64,000 bases of DNA, taken from contig CAWCSR010000003.1 of the NCBI GenBank assembly GCA_963798285.1, positions 1,657,376-1,721,375 of the forward strand, written 5' to 3'. The notes below the pieces were generated by a model. It saw only the letters and a program-made list of their open reading frames with translations. It was not told the origin of the DNA and ran no database searches. Numbering within the stretch: position 1 is the first letter of the stretch; the number at the start of each line of letters is the position of its first letter. The DNA comes from an uncultured Thermoleophilia bacterium (lineage in GTDB: Bacteria > Actinomycetota > Thermoleophilia > UBA2241). Positions 8,840 to 17,740 of this stretch are shown here, piece by piece. Position numbers and translations under genes: made by a program.

Positions 8840-10438
8840 TCAGCCCGCCTCTCCGGCCGCCTCCAGCTCGCCGGCCGCCTCGCGCGCCTCGGCCTCGGCA
8901 GCCGCCGCGTGCCGCCGGTCCACGTGATGCGGCGCGGTGTAGCGCACGGTCAGGTATGCGATGGGCGCGCCGCACAGCAGCAGGATCCCGCTCACCCACA
9001 TGGCCACGTGCACGCCGTTGGTGAACGACTGGCCGATGGCCTGCCCGAGCGCCGCCATGTCCACGCCGGGGATGGAGCGGTTTGACACCGCTTCGCGGCC
9101 CTGCCCGGCCACCGCCAGGATCTTCGCGGCGACGGCCGGCGGCAGCTTGAACGCCGTCAGAGACGTCCGCAGATCGTTGGTGAACACGTGCGTCACGACG
9201 TTGCCGAGCACGGCGATGCCGAAGACGCTGCCGACCTGGCGCATCGTGTTCGAGGTCGCGGAGGCCATCCCGGCGCGTGCCGGCGGCACCGTGCCCATGA
9301 TGGCCGACGTCATCGGGCTCATGATCAGACCGATGCCGAGGCCCATCAGCAGCAGCCAGTACCAGAAGGCAGAGTAGGACGTATCCGCCTGGACGCCGGT
9401 CAGGAACAGCAGGCCGGCGCCGGCCATCACGAGCCCCAGCGTGATCGGCAGGCGTGAACCGATCCGGCCGACGATCCGGCCGGAGATGATGGCCGCGGCC
9501 ATCACGCCAAGCGTCGACGGCAGCTGCAGGGCGCCGGCCTCCGTGGGCGAGTAGCCCTGCACGTTCTGCATGAACAGAGAGAGAAAGAAGACCACGGAGA
9601 AGAACCCGAAGCTGACGATGATGCCGACGAGGTTGGCGCCGCTGAACGTCCAGTTGCGAAAGAACTTGAGCTGCAGCAGCGGCGTCTTGCCACGGACCTC
9701 GATGACGAGGAACAGGGTCAGCGAGACGCCGGCGGCGATGAAGCTGGCCAGGATGCGCGCGGACGTCCACCCGTACGTATTGGCTTCGATGAAGGCGTAG
9801 GTCAGCGCCGCCAGCCCGACGATCGCGGTGATCTGACCGGCCAGGTCGAGGCCGCGGCCGGCGCGGTCCGACGACTCCGGCACGAACCGCACCGCCAGGG
9901 CGATGGCGACCAGGCCGATGGGCACGTTGATCCAGAAGATGCTCTGCCAGCCGAAGTTGTCGACCAGCCACCCGCCCACGAGCGGCCCGATGGCAAGCGA
10001 GAGACCCGACACGCCGGCCCAGATGCCGATGGCGCGAGCCCGCTCCCGAGCGTCCGGGAAGGTGTTGGTGAGGATCGACAGGGTGCTGGGCATCATCATC
10101 GCTCCGCCCACGCCCTGGAGCAGGCGTGCGCCGATCAGCACGGACGTGGAGGGCGCGAGGGCGCAGGCGACGGACCCACCGGTGAAGAGGGCGACGCCGA
10201 TGACGAACGCCCTGCGGCGCCCGTACATGTCTCCCAGGGTCCCGCCGGTGAGCAGCAGGCTGGCCAGGGCCAGCACGAACGCGTCGACGATCCACTGGAG
10301 CTCGCTCATGCTCGCGTGCAGCTCGCGCTGGATCGTCGGCAACGCAAGGTTCACGACGGTGCTGTCCAGCATCACCATGAACAGGGCGAAGCACATGGTC
10401 CCCAGGGTGATGCGTTTGATCCGTGTCAGGTCGGTCAT
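8840..10438 (-). CDS. MFS transporter, DHA2 (EmrB/QacA-like, 14-TMS) family
   Basis: 532-aa polytopic ORF with MFMVMLDSTVVNLALPTIQREL, GDMYGRRR and an LLQGVGGA motif. Confidence 0.9.
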   Translation of the reverse strand: MTDLTRIKRITLGTMCFALFMVMLDSTVVNLALPTIQRELHASMSELQWIVDAFVLALASLLLTGGTLGDMYGRRRAFVIGVALFTGGSVACALAPSTSVLIGARLLQGVGGAMMMPSTLSILTNTFPDARERARAIGIWAGVSGLSLAIGPLVGGWLVDNFGWQSIFWINVPIGLVAIALAVRFVPESSDRAGRGLDLAGQITAIVGLAALTYAFIEANTYGWTSARILASFIAAGVSLTLFLVIEVRGKTPLLQLKFFRNWTFSGANLVGIIVSFGFFSVVFFLSLFMQNVQGYSPTEAGALQLPSTLGVMAAAIISGRIVGRIGSRLPITLGLVMAGAGLLFLTGVQADTSYSAFWYWLLLMGLGIGLIMSPMTSAIMGTVPPARAGMASATSNTMRQVGSVFGIAVLGNVVTHVFTNDLRTSLTAFKLPPAVAAKILAVAGQGREAVSNRSIPGVDMAALGQAIGQSFTNGVHVAMWVSGILLLCGAPIAYLTVRYTAPHHVDRRHAAAAEAEAREAAGELEAAGEAG

Positions 10439-10467
10439 GGTTCCTCCAGGTGTGAAGCGCGGACCGG

Positions 10468-11190
10468 TCAGCCCTCCGCGGGCCAGTCCGTCTTGAGTCC
10501 GTTGACGAAGATGGTGAGCAACTCGCGCTGGCGCGCGCGGACCTTGTCCGCCAGCGCCGGGCGCTGCTGGCGCTCGAAGTGCGCGAGGCCCTGGGCCAGC
10601 GCCCAGGCGCCGTAGGCCATGATGTCGGCATCGTCTGCAGCCCCGGTGAACACGCCCGCGTCGATGCCCTCGCGGAACACGCCGACGACCGTGCCCTCCA
10701 GCGCCAGATGGTCGGTGGTGAGCGGGTGCGGGTGGGCCGTCGCCTCGTGCATCTCGATCACGGCCACATCCTCAGGGTTCTCGCGGGCGAAGGCGATGTA
10801 CGCCAGGCCGAGCTCGACGGCGCGGCGGTCGGGCGGGAGATCCGCCGGCGCCGCGGCGAACGCGTCGACGAGCGCGGCCATGGCGGAGTCGGCAAGCGCC
10901 TTGACGACGTCGTCCTTGTTGTCGAAGTACTTGTAGAGCGCGGCGGGACTGAAGTCGGCGCGCCGCGCGATCTCGCGCAGCGAGAGATCCGCGGCGCCGC
11001 GCTCGAGTAGCACCTCGCGCGCCGCCGCGAGGATGTCGTCCCGCGTCTCGGAGTGGCGCCGCTCCCGCCGCCGCTCGCGCGACTGGTGCCGCTCGGCGCG
11101 CCGTTCCGAGTGCCGCTCGTGGTGGTCGCGCGTCACGTCAGCGCGCCCTTCGGTCGCTCGATCACCACAGCCATTGAGATCCACCTCCAT
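10468..11190 (-). CDS. TetR/AcrR family transcriptional regulator
   Basis: HTH ILAAAREVLLERGAADLSLREIARRADFSPAALYKYFDNKDD. Start chosen at MEVDL (11190). It lies directly upstream of the MFS gene. Confidence 0.85.
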   Translation of the reverse strand: MEVDLNGCGDRATEGRADVTRDHHERHSERRAERHQSRERRRERRHSETRDDILAAAREVLLERGAADLSLREIARRADFSPAALYKYFDNKDDVVKALADSAMAALVDAFAAAPADLPPDRRAVELGLAYIAFARENPEDVAVIEMHEATAHPHPLTTDHLALEGTVVGVFREGIDAGVFTGAADDADIMAYGAWALAQGLAHFERQQRPALADKVRARQRELLTIFVNGLKTDWPAEG

Positions 11191-11312
11191 GCAGTGCAAA
11201 CGGCTATCACTCGAGTAAACAGCGTTCACTGTAACCGCGAATGCGGCGGCCGTCAAGGGAAATGAGACGAGGTACGAGGAGCCCCTCAGGGGAGCCGGCG
11301 CGAGCAAAGAGA

Positions 11313-11346
11313 GAGGGCGGAGCGGCCCTGCGGCCACTCCGCCCTC
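11313..11346 (-). terminator. intrinsic terminator-like hairpin after MFS gene
   Basis: GAGGGCGGAG-N14-CTCCGCCCTC, a perfect 10-bp stem. On the minus strand it is followed by TCTCTTTGCT. It lies 40 nt after the stop at 11387. Confidence 0.55.
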
Positions 11347-11386
11347 GTCGGTTTCCGGCCCCGGCTCAAACAGCCGAGCGCCGGCC

Positions 11387-13075
11387 TCAGCCGTCGGTCG
11401 CCGTGGCCGGCTTCAGCGCGGCCGGGTCGCAGGTGCCGAGCACCTCGTCGCACGACGGCTTCTGGTCGTGCCGGGCCGAGCGCAGCCGGAACCGCCCCGG
11501 CGTCCAGGTCGTCACGACGGCGACGAAGAAGCCGCTCAGAGCGACGATGCCGGCGATCATGAGCCCGGTCGAGAAGCCGACCGTGAGACCGTGATAGAGG
11601 ATCGCCGTCGGGACGTTCGCGACTCCCGAGCCGGCGGCGGACGAGGCGCCGCCGGTGGCCGCGCCGGCCGCTCCCGCGCCGGTCGCCGCTGCTGCCGCCA
11701 TGCCCGTGCGCACGGTGTGCGCGACCGATGTCCAGGCGATCGTCCCGATGGCGGCCAAGCCGATCGAGCCACCCACCTGCTGGCCGATGTTCAGCAGGCT
11801 GGAGGCGGCGCCGGCCTCGTCGTGGCGCACATGCGACACGATCATCAGGGTGATCGGCACGAACATGAGGCCCATGCCGATGCTCAACAGCATCATCGGC
11901 CCCAGCAGATTCACCCAATAGCTGCCGGTCGGCGTCAGCCGCGACAGCAGCAGGAACCCCGCTCCGGCGAACAGCGGCCCTGCCATGAGCAGGGGCCGCA
12001 CACCGACCTTGGTGACCAGCACGCGTGCGACCAGGACGTTGATCCCGATCAGCACGATCGGGAACGGCACCCAGGACAGGCCGGCCTTCACAGCGCTGTA
12101 GCCCCAGACGGTCTGGATGTAGATGGTCAGGAAGAAGAACACGGCGAACAACGCGGTGCCGAGCAACAGCATCATGATGTAGGCGCCGGAGCGGCGGCGG
12201 GACCGCAGCAGGTTGAGGTCGAGCTCTGGCTCCTTGACGTAGCGCTCGATGAAGACGAAGCCGACGAGCAGGGCGGCAGCTCCGACGAGACAGGCGACCG
12301 TCAGCGGCTCGCCCCAGTGGGAAACGCCGTCTTGCCCGGCCGCCGCGTGCGTGAGCCCGTAGACCAGCAGCGCCAGGCCGGCAGTGCTGGTGACGACACC
12401 CGGGATGTCGAGGCGGCGCTGCAGCCGGCCGCCGCCGATCAGCGCGATGGGGGCCAGCGCGGCCACCGTCAGGCCGATGGGCGCGTTGACGAAGAAGACC
12501 CAGCGCCACGACACGTACGAGGTCAAGATCCCGCCGAGCAGCAGGCCGATGGCGCCGCCGGCGCCGGCCATGCCGGCCCAGACGCCGAGCGCCCGGTTGC
12601 GCGGCGGGCCCATGGGGAACGTCGTGGCGATCAGAGCGAGAGCCGTAGGAGCTGCGAGCGCGGCCCCCGCGCCTTGCACGGCGCGGGCGGTCAGCAGCCA
12701 CCACTCCGAGGTAGCGAAGCCGCCGGTCAGTGAGGCGAGAGAGAAGAGCAGGATGCCGGTCATGAACACGCGCCGGCGGCCATAGATGTCGCCCAGCCGC
12801 CCGCCGAGCAGCAGCAGGCTGCCGAAGGCTAGCGAGTAGGCGGTGACGATCCACTCGAGCCCGGTTCCGCTGAAGCCGAGGGCACGCTGGATGTGCGGCA
12901 GCGCGACGTTCACGATCGTGGCGTCGAGGACGATCATGAGCTGGGCGGCGGCGATCACGACGAGCGCCAGGCCCAGCCGCCGAGGAACGTGGGTCGCGCG
13001 ATCCATAGTCGCCGCGTCGGACTCCGCGTCCTGCGTTGCCATGGCGTCGGGCGGCGAGGAGAGTTCTTCGGTCAT
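11387..13075 (-). CDS. MFS transporter, DHA2 family
   Basis: 562-aa polytopic ORF with LMIVLDATIVNVALPHIQRAL and GDIYGRRR. Paralogue of 8840-10438. Confidence 0.9.
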   Translation of the reverse strand: MTEELSSPPDAMATQDAESDAATMDRATHVPRRLGLALVVIAAAQLMIVLDATIVNVALPHIQRALGFSGTGLEWIVTAYSLAFGSLLLLGGRLGDIYGRRRVFMTGILLFSLASLTGGFATSEWWLLTARAVQGAGAALAAPTALALIATTFPMGPPRNRALGVWAGMAGAGGAIGLLLGGILTSYVSWRWVFFVNAPIGLTVAALAPIALIGGGRLQRRLDIPGVVTSTAGLALLVYGLTHAAAGQDGVSHWGEPLTVACLVGAAALLVGFVFIERYVKEPELDLNLLRSRRRSGAYIMMLLLGTALFAVFFFLTIYIQTVWGYSAVKAGLSWVPFPIVLIGINVLVARVLVTKVGVRPLLMAGPLFAGAGFLLLSRLTPTGSYWVNLLGPMMLLSIGMGLMFVPITLMIVSHVRHDEAGAASSLLNIGQQVGGSIGLAAIGTIAWTSVAHTVRTGMAAAAATGAGAAGAATGGASSAAGSGVANVPTAILYHGLTVGFSTGLMIAGIVALSGFFVAVVTTWTPGRFRLRSARHDQKPSCDEVLGTCDPAALKPATATDG

Positions 13076-13188
13076 GGGATGACTCCCGGGGGAGGAGGGG
13101 GTAAAGGGGACAGTTTTAGTCCAACTACCTCAGCCAAGAATCGGTAAACATGCCCGGCGAGATGTGCTCGGACGGGCTGACGGACGGA

Positions 13189-13991
13189 TCAGGCGGCTCG
13201 GCGAAGCTGACCGGCCGCCAGATGCCGCTGGGCGAGGCGCACGGCGGCGGCGCCCTCGCCGACGGCCGCCGCCACCCGCTTGACGGAGTCCGCACGCACA
13301 TCCCCGGCCGCGAACACGCCTGGCAAGCTCGTCTCGAGGGGCAACGGCAGCCTCTCCAGCCGCCACGGCTCCGGCAGCCGGGCGCCGACGATGCCGGGCC
13401 CGGTGAGCAGGAACCCGTTCTCGTCGCGCACGATCTCCGGCGGCAGCCAGCTGGTGTGCGGGTCCGCGCCGATCATGACGAACAGCGCATCGGCCGGCAC
13501 CACTTCTCGTTCTCCGCCGTCCAGCCTCTCCAGCGTCAGCTGTCGCAGGCGAGTGTCGCCGTCTCCGTTGACGATCATGGTGCGGGGACGCATGGAGAAT
13601 CTGTCCTGGTTCTGCAGGAAGGAGACGAGGTAGCGCGACATCGTTTCCGAGAGTCCGTCGCCGCGCATGACCAGGGTCACGTGCCGGGCGTACTTGGCGA
13701 GGTGGATCGCCGCCCCCACGAGACAAGCATGACGCGCTTGGCGACGGGGTCGATCGCACGCGCCTCCCCGAGGAAGTCGGGACCGGCCATCTCCGGCATG
13801 ACCTGGTCGGCCAGGATGAGGGCGACGGGCTGGCCCGCGGCCTTGAGGCGGCGGAGCTCGTCGAGCGCCGCCGCCGCCGACTGCCGCACCAGCACGCGGT
13901 AGTCCCTGCCGTACCGCTTGCGCAGCTCCTCCTCGGTGATGGTCAGGCTGACCAGGTCGTCGACGACGAGGATGACAGGCTGGTAGTTCAC
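13189..13991 (-). pseudogene. remnant of fused response-regulator receiver/thioredoxin-disulfide-reductase-like protein (large internal deletion plus frame change)
   Basis: REC-like N-terminus (VNYQPVILVVDD...ILADQVMPEMAGPDFL...AKRVMLVSWG) abuts near 13715 the C-terminal third of a TrxB-like flavoprotein in another frame. That part reads AAIHLAKYARHVTLVMRG...GVFAAGDVRADSVKRVAAAVGEGA. The FAD-binding N-terminal half is missing. Confidence 0.75.
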
Positions 13992-14031
13992 GGCTTTCCG
14001 GGGCAGGCTGGTAGTTCACGGCTTTCCGGGG
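13976..14031 (-). repeat. 28-bp tandem duplication covering the REC gene start
   Basis: CAGGCTGGTAGTTCACGGCTTTCCGGGG occurs twice back to back. This duplicates the GTG start and first four codons, so two track ORFs begin MNYQP. Confidence 0.9.
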
Positions 14032-14177
14032 CGGCTGGCCATACTGTCTCGTTGCCCGGCCCCGGACATCCCACGCCCACGAGCGTCAGAAGGGGCGGCC
14101 GTCCGAGTCATCCTGTGGGGTGGGGCGGCATCCAGCCGGCCGGCCGTCATCATCCGGCGGCCGAGCCGCACGCGCCG

Positions 14178-15332
14178 TCACCCTGCCGGCCGGTTGCCCA
14201 GCGTCACCGTTATGTCTTGCGGCGCGCCGTTGCGCACCACGGTCAGCGTGACCTTGTCTCCCGGATTCTTCTGAGCGATGGCGGCGGCCAGCTGCTCCAT
14301 GCTGGTCAGCGGCTGCCCGTCAAGCTTGGTGATGACGTCCCCGCCGGTCGTGAAGGGAGCGCCGGCGATCACCTTGGTGCCCGTGCCTCCCTTGATGCCG
14401 GCGGCTGCGGCGGCGGTGCCGGGCTGGACCTTGACCACCAGCACGCCCTGCTGCGCCGGCAGGTTGAGCGCCTTGGCCAGCGGCGGCGTGATCGTCTGTC
14501 CTTCGACGCCGAGGAACGCGTGCTTGACGGTCCCGGTCGTCTTGATCTGCTGCATCACCGACTTTGCCGAGTCGATGGGGATGGCGAAGCCGAGGCCGCT
14601 GAAGCTGCCCGAAGGGCTCGCGATCTGTTCGTTGATGCCGATCACGTTGCCGTTCTGGTCAAGCAGCGGGCCTCCGGAGTTGCCTTGGTTGATGGCGGCG
14701 TCCGTCTGGATGCCGTTGGGGATCACGGCCCCGTTGGGCGCCTGCAGATCGCGGCCGATGCCGGAGACGATCCCCTGGGTGAGCGAGAAGTCGAAGCCGA
14801 GCGGGTTGCCGATGGCGACGACCCACTGGCCGATGACGATCTTGTTGGAATCGCCGAGCGGCAGGGGCGTGAGCGTCTGACCGGCGGGATCGATGTGGAG
14901 GACGGCGACGTCACTCGTCGGATCGACTCCGACGATGGTCGCCTTCACTTGTTTGCCCGCCTGGTCCTTGCCCTCGTTGAACGACACCGTCACCGACTTG
15001 GCCTTGACGCCGTTCTCCATGACGACGTGCGCGTTGGTGAGGATGGTGCCGCCGGTGGTCACGACGAAGCCACTGCCGAGGGCCTGCCCCCCGCCCAATT
15101 GGCCGAGCCCGCTCCCCTGCGCCGGGAAGGTGGACTGGACGAGGACCACCCCGCTGTAGCTCTTCTGGTAGATGGCGGCCGGGTCGAAGCCGCCGGTGCT
15201 GGCGAGCGCCGTGCCGCCCGAGCCGGCGGAGCCGCCGCCCGAGCCGGCGATCACGTCGTAGGCGAGCAGGCCGATCACGACCAGCGCCACGATGCCGGCG
15301 CTCGCGATCAGGTACTTGACTGCGCGGGACAT
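14178..15332 (-). CDS. S1C (HtrA/DegP-like) serine protease with PDZ domain
   Basis: N-terminal TM anchor, triad motifs TNAHVV, DVAVL and GNSGGPLL, and a C-terminal PDZ (GVLVVKVQPGTAAAAAGIKGG...GDVITKLDG). Start at MSRAVKYL. Confidence 0.9.
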   Translation of the reverse strand: MSRAVKYLIASAGIVALVVIGLLAYDVIAGSGGGSAGSGGTALASTGGFDPAAIYQKSYSGVVLVQSTFPAQGSGLGQLGGGQALGSGFVVTTGGTILTNAHVVMENGVKAKSVTVSFNEGKDQAGKQVKATIVGVDPTSDVAVLHIDPAGQTLTPLPLGDSNKIVIGQWVVAIGNPLGFDFSLTQGIVSGIGRDLQAPNGAVIPNGIQTDAAINQGNSGGPLLDQNGNVIGINEQIASPSGSFSGLGFAIPIDSAKSVMQQIKTTGTVKHAFLGVEGQTITPPLAKALNLPAQQGVLVVKVQPGTAAAAAGIKGGTGTKVIAGAPFTTGGDVITKLDGQPLTSMEQLAAAIAQKNPGDKVTLTVVRNGAPQDITVTLGNRPAG

Positions 15333-15556
15333 GGTCCTTACCTCCGCTTGCTTGTGCCGTCGTGAGCGGCGCGCCGTTGCGGGCACCGCTCGCTCCCTCT
15401 AGTTCGGCTCCCTTGCGGCAGGCGGACCCCGGTCGCGCAGCACGGACGGCCTGCAACGACCGCCGGGCATGCTCCGACCGGGCGGATGCCTCACGAGTGC
15501 TGCAGTACTGGCATTCCCCACACAGGGCGAGTCAGGCGCGCGAGCCGTCGACGAGG

Positions 15557-16498
15557 CTAGACGTGCGAGCGCTCGACGAGCCGCCTGACCTCGGCGAGTT
15601 CGTCGGCGGTGAGCGCCCACGCGCCGGTCGCGGCGGCGTTGGCGCGTACCTGCTCGGGGGAGGTCGCGCCGGCGATGACGGAGGCCACCGGCGCGTGCGC
15701 GGCCAGATACGAGAGCGCCAGCTCGAGCACCGTGTGGCCGTGCGCCTCGGCGTAGGCGGCCAAGCGCTCGACGGCGTCGAGCGTGGCGCGCCCGAGGAGG
15801 ACCTCGGCGGCGCGGCCGTCCCCGCCGAGGCGCGAGCCCTGTGGCGTCGAGCGCCCGCGCCGGTAGACGCCGCTCAGCAGGCCCGAGGCGAGCGGGAAGA
15901 AAGGCACGAACGCCATGCCGAGGCGCTCGACCGCCTCGAGCACGCCCGAAGTCTCGGGCTCCCTCTCGACCAGGCTGTACTCGTTCTCGACGACGGTGAA
16001 GCCGCGCAACCCCCGCCCGGCCGCGGCACCGGCAGCCTCGTCGAGCTGCGCGACCGTGAAGTTGGAGCAGCCGATCTCGCGTACCAGGCCGCGCTCGAGC
16101 AGCCCATTCAGCACCTCGAGCGTGTCGCCGATCGGCGTCCGCCGGTCGGGCTTGTGGTAGTAAAAGAGATCCAGCCGATCGGTGCCGAGACGCCGCAGGG
16201 TCGCCTCAAGCGCCTGCGGCACCCAGTCCGCCTGCGTGTTCGAGCCGTGCGGGGCCCCGTGATAGCCGAACTTGGAGGCGATCGTCACCTCGCCGCGGCG
16301 AGCGCCGAGCGCGCGGCCGAGGTACTCCTCCGAGCGCCCCTCGCCGTAGATGTCGGCGGTGTCGAAGTGCGTGACGCCGGCGTCCAGTGCGGCGGCCACC
16401 ACCCGTTGGGTCGCCGCCACGTCCAGCCGCCGGCCGAAGTTGTTGGTCCCCAAGCCGGCAACCGAGACCTCGAGCTCTCCTATCTTTCGCAACTCCAT
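15557..16498 (-). CDS. aldo/keto reductase
   Basis: MELRKIGELEVSVAGLGTNNFG...FDTADIYGEGRSEE...LDLFYYHKPD...IGCSNF. Start at MELRK. Confidence 0.9.
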   Translation of the reverse strand: MELRKIGELEVSVAGLGTNNFGRRLDVAATQRVVAAALDAGVTHFDTADIYGEGRSEEYLGRALGARRGEVTIASKFGYHGAPHGSNTQADWVPQALEATLRRLGTDRLDLFYYHKPDRRTPIGDTLEVLNGLLERGLVREIGCSNFTVAQLDEAAGAAAGRGLRGFTVVENEYSLVEREPETSGVLEAVERLGMAFVPFFPLASGLLSGVYRRGRSTPQGSRLGGDGRAAEVLLGRATLDAVERLAAYAEAHGHTVLELALSYLAAHAPVASVIAGATSPEQVRANAAATGAWALTADELAEVRRLVERSHV

Positions 16499-16573
16499 GA
16501 GCAGACTGTTCCCGCCCGGGCGCGGGACATGCCCGCGAGTGGCGAGCAACTCTCCCCTACCCTGAGGAAAGCG

Positions 16574-17146
16574 TCAGTCGCGCGCCGGCACCCGTGCCAG
16601 CTCGTGCGCCATGCGGTGATACCGCTCGGTCATGGCCGCCGCACCCGGGGCCCTGGCAAGGCGCGCGAAGTCTTTGGCCAGGAGCTCCTGCTCCTGCACG
16701 CTGAGCAGTTCGTCGGTCAGCCCGAAGAGGATGGTGTCCTCCTTGCCGATGTGCAAGGGAAGCAGGAACGCGTAGAGCCTGAGGTTGTCGACGATGACGA
16801 CGCGCGCCGCCGCGGCGCGCTCATCGTCCAGGCCGTTTACGTCGCGCAACGCCCCGTCGACGGCGCGGATGCACGCGCGTGCCGCCTTGTGCTCGCTGAG
16901 CAGCACGCTGATCGTGCCGCCCGCAGCCGGGCTGCGCTCCTCGAGCAGCGGAAAGAGGAGATTCTCCTCCTTGGTGTGGTGGTCGCCGTCGGTGAAGTTG
17001 CGCGTGAAGTCGACCATCTGGGCGACACGCACGGTGTCGACCGTCCCGGTCCGTTCGATGCGGTCCGCCTCCGCGTCCATGGCGCCGGCGACCAGTAGTA
17101 CGTACTCGTGCTCGTCGGCTAGCTGGCGAGTGGGACTCTCGAGCAT
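16574..17146 (-). CDS. hemerythrin domain-containing protein
   Basis: LADEHEY...DHHTKEENLLFPLL...LSEHKAA...HIGKEDTILF are the His/Glu ligand pattern of hemerythrin-like cation-binding domains. Confidence 0.8.
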   Translation of the reverse strand: MLESPTRQLADEHEYVLLVAGAMDAEADRIERTGTVDTVRVAQMVDFTRNFTDGDHHTKEENLLFPLLEERSPAAGGTISVLLSEHKAARACIRAVDGALRDVNGLDDERAAAARVVIVDNLRLYAFLLPLHIGKEDTILFGLTDELLSVQEQELLAKDFARLARAPGAAAMTERYHRMAHELARVPARD

Positions 17147-17347
17147 TGGGTCTCCTTCCCGTATCCTCTTCCGCATTCCCCACCGAGACCCGGTCAAACG
17201 AGAACGTCGTGGAGATCATCCTCCGTACGCAGAAGAGCGGAGCGGGCGGCCCCTCCGTGCTGGCTGCCTCCCGCCCCGCCGGCGCGACCGGCGGCCGCGT
17301 CATGAGCATCCGTGTCCTGATCTGTCATCACAGAAATCGTCCAAGCA

Positions 17348-17605
17348 TCATCCTCCCTGCCCGCCGCCGTCCTGTCCTTCCGACTGTCCCGAGTTCATCA
17401 GCGGCCCGGACTGCGCTGGCTGATTGCCGCCTGTCTGGCTCTGCGATCCGGCGTTCGGACCGGCGGCGGCCGGCGCCGCCGCGACCGGCGTGCTGCTCTG
17501 CGCCGAGGCCGAGTGGGAGTTGGCCACCACGGCGCCGACACCCGCCGCCCCGATGCCCAGCACGACAGCCCCGGTGGCGACCCATGTGATGATCCTGCGC
17601 TTCAT
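17348..17605 (-). CDS. small secreted low-complexity protein
   Basis: 85-aa ORF with a signal-peptide-like N-terminus (MKRRIITWVATGAVVLGIGAAGVGA) followed by an A/G/Q/S-rich tail. Confidence 0.45.
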   Translation of the reverse strand: MKRRIITWVATGAVVLGIGAAGVGAVVANSHSASAQSSTPVAAAPAAAGPNAGSQSQTGGNQPAQSGPLMNSGQSEGQDGGGQGG

Positions 17606-17740
17606 CGTCCGACTCCTCGTGTGCGGAGTTCTGTCCCTGCCGGCCCGGCTTGATCGAGCCGGCGTGTACCGGTTATCACCCCGGGGGATGAACGGACGAT
17701 GAACGCCGCGCAGGAGGCGCCGCGCGCTGGGGCGACCAGC

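Noticed and set aside
13189-14019. The 276-aa track ORF as an intact protein.
   Set aside because: Its N-terminal ~110 aa are Arg/Pro-rich junk read through the REC region in the wrong frame. Only the C-terminal ~165 aa are TrxB-like. It starts in the duplicated copy of the REC start.
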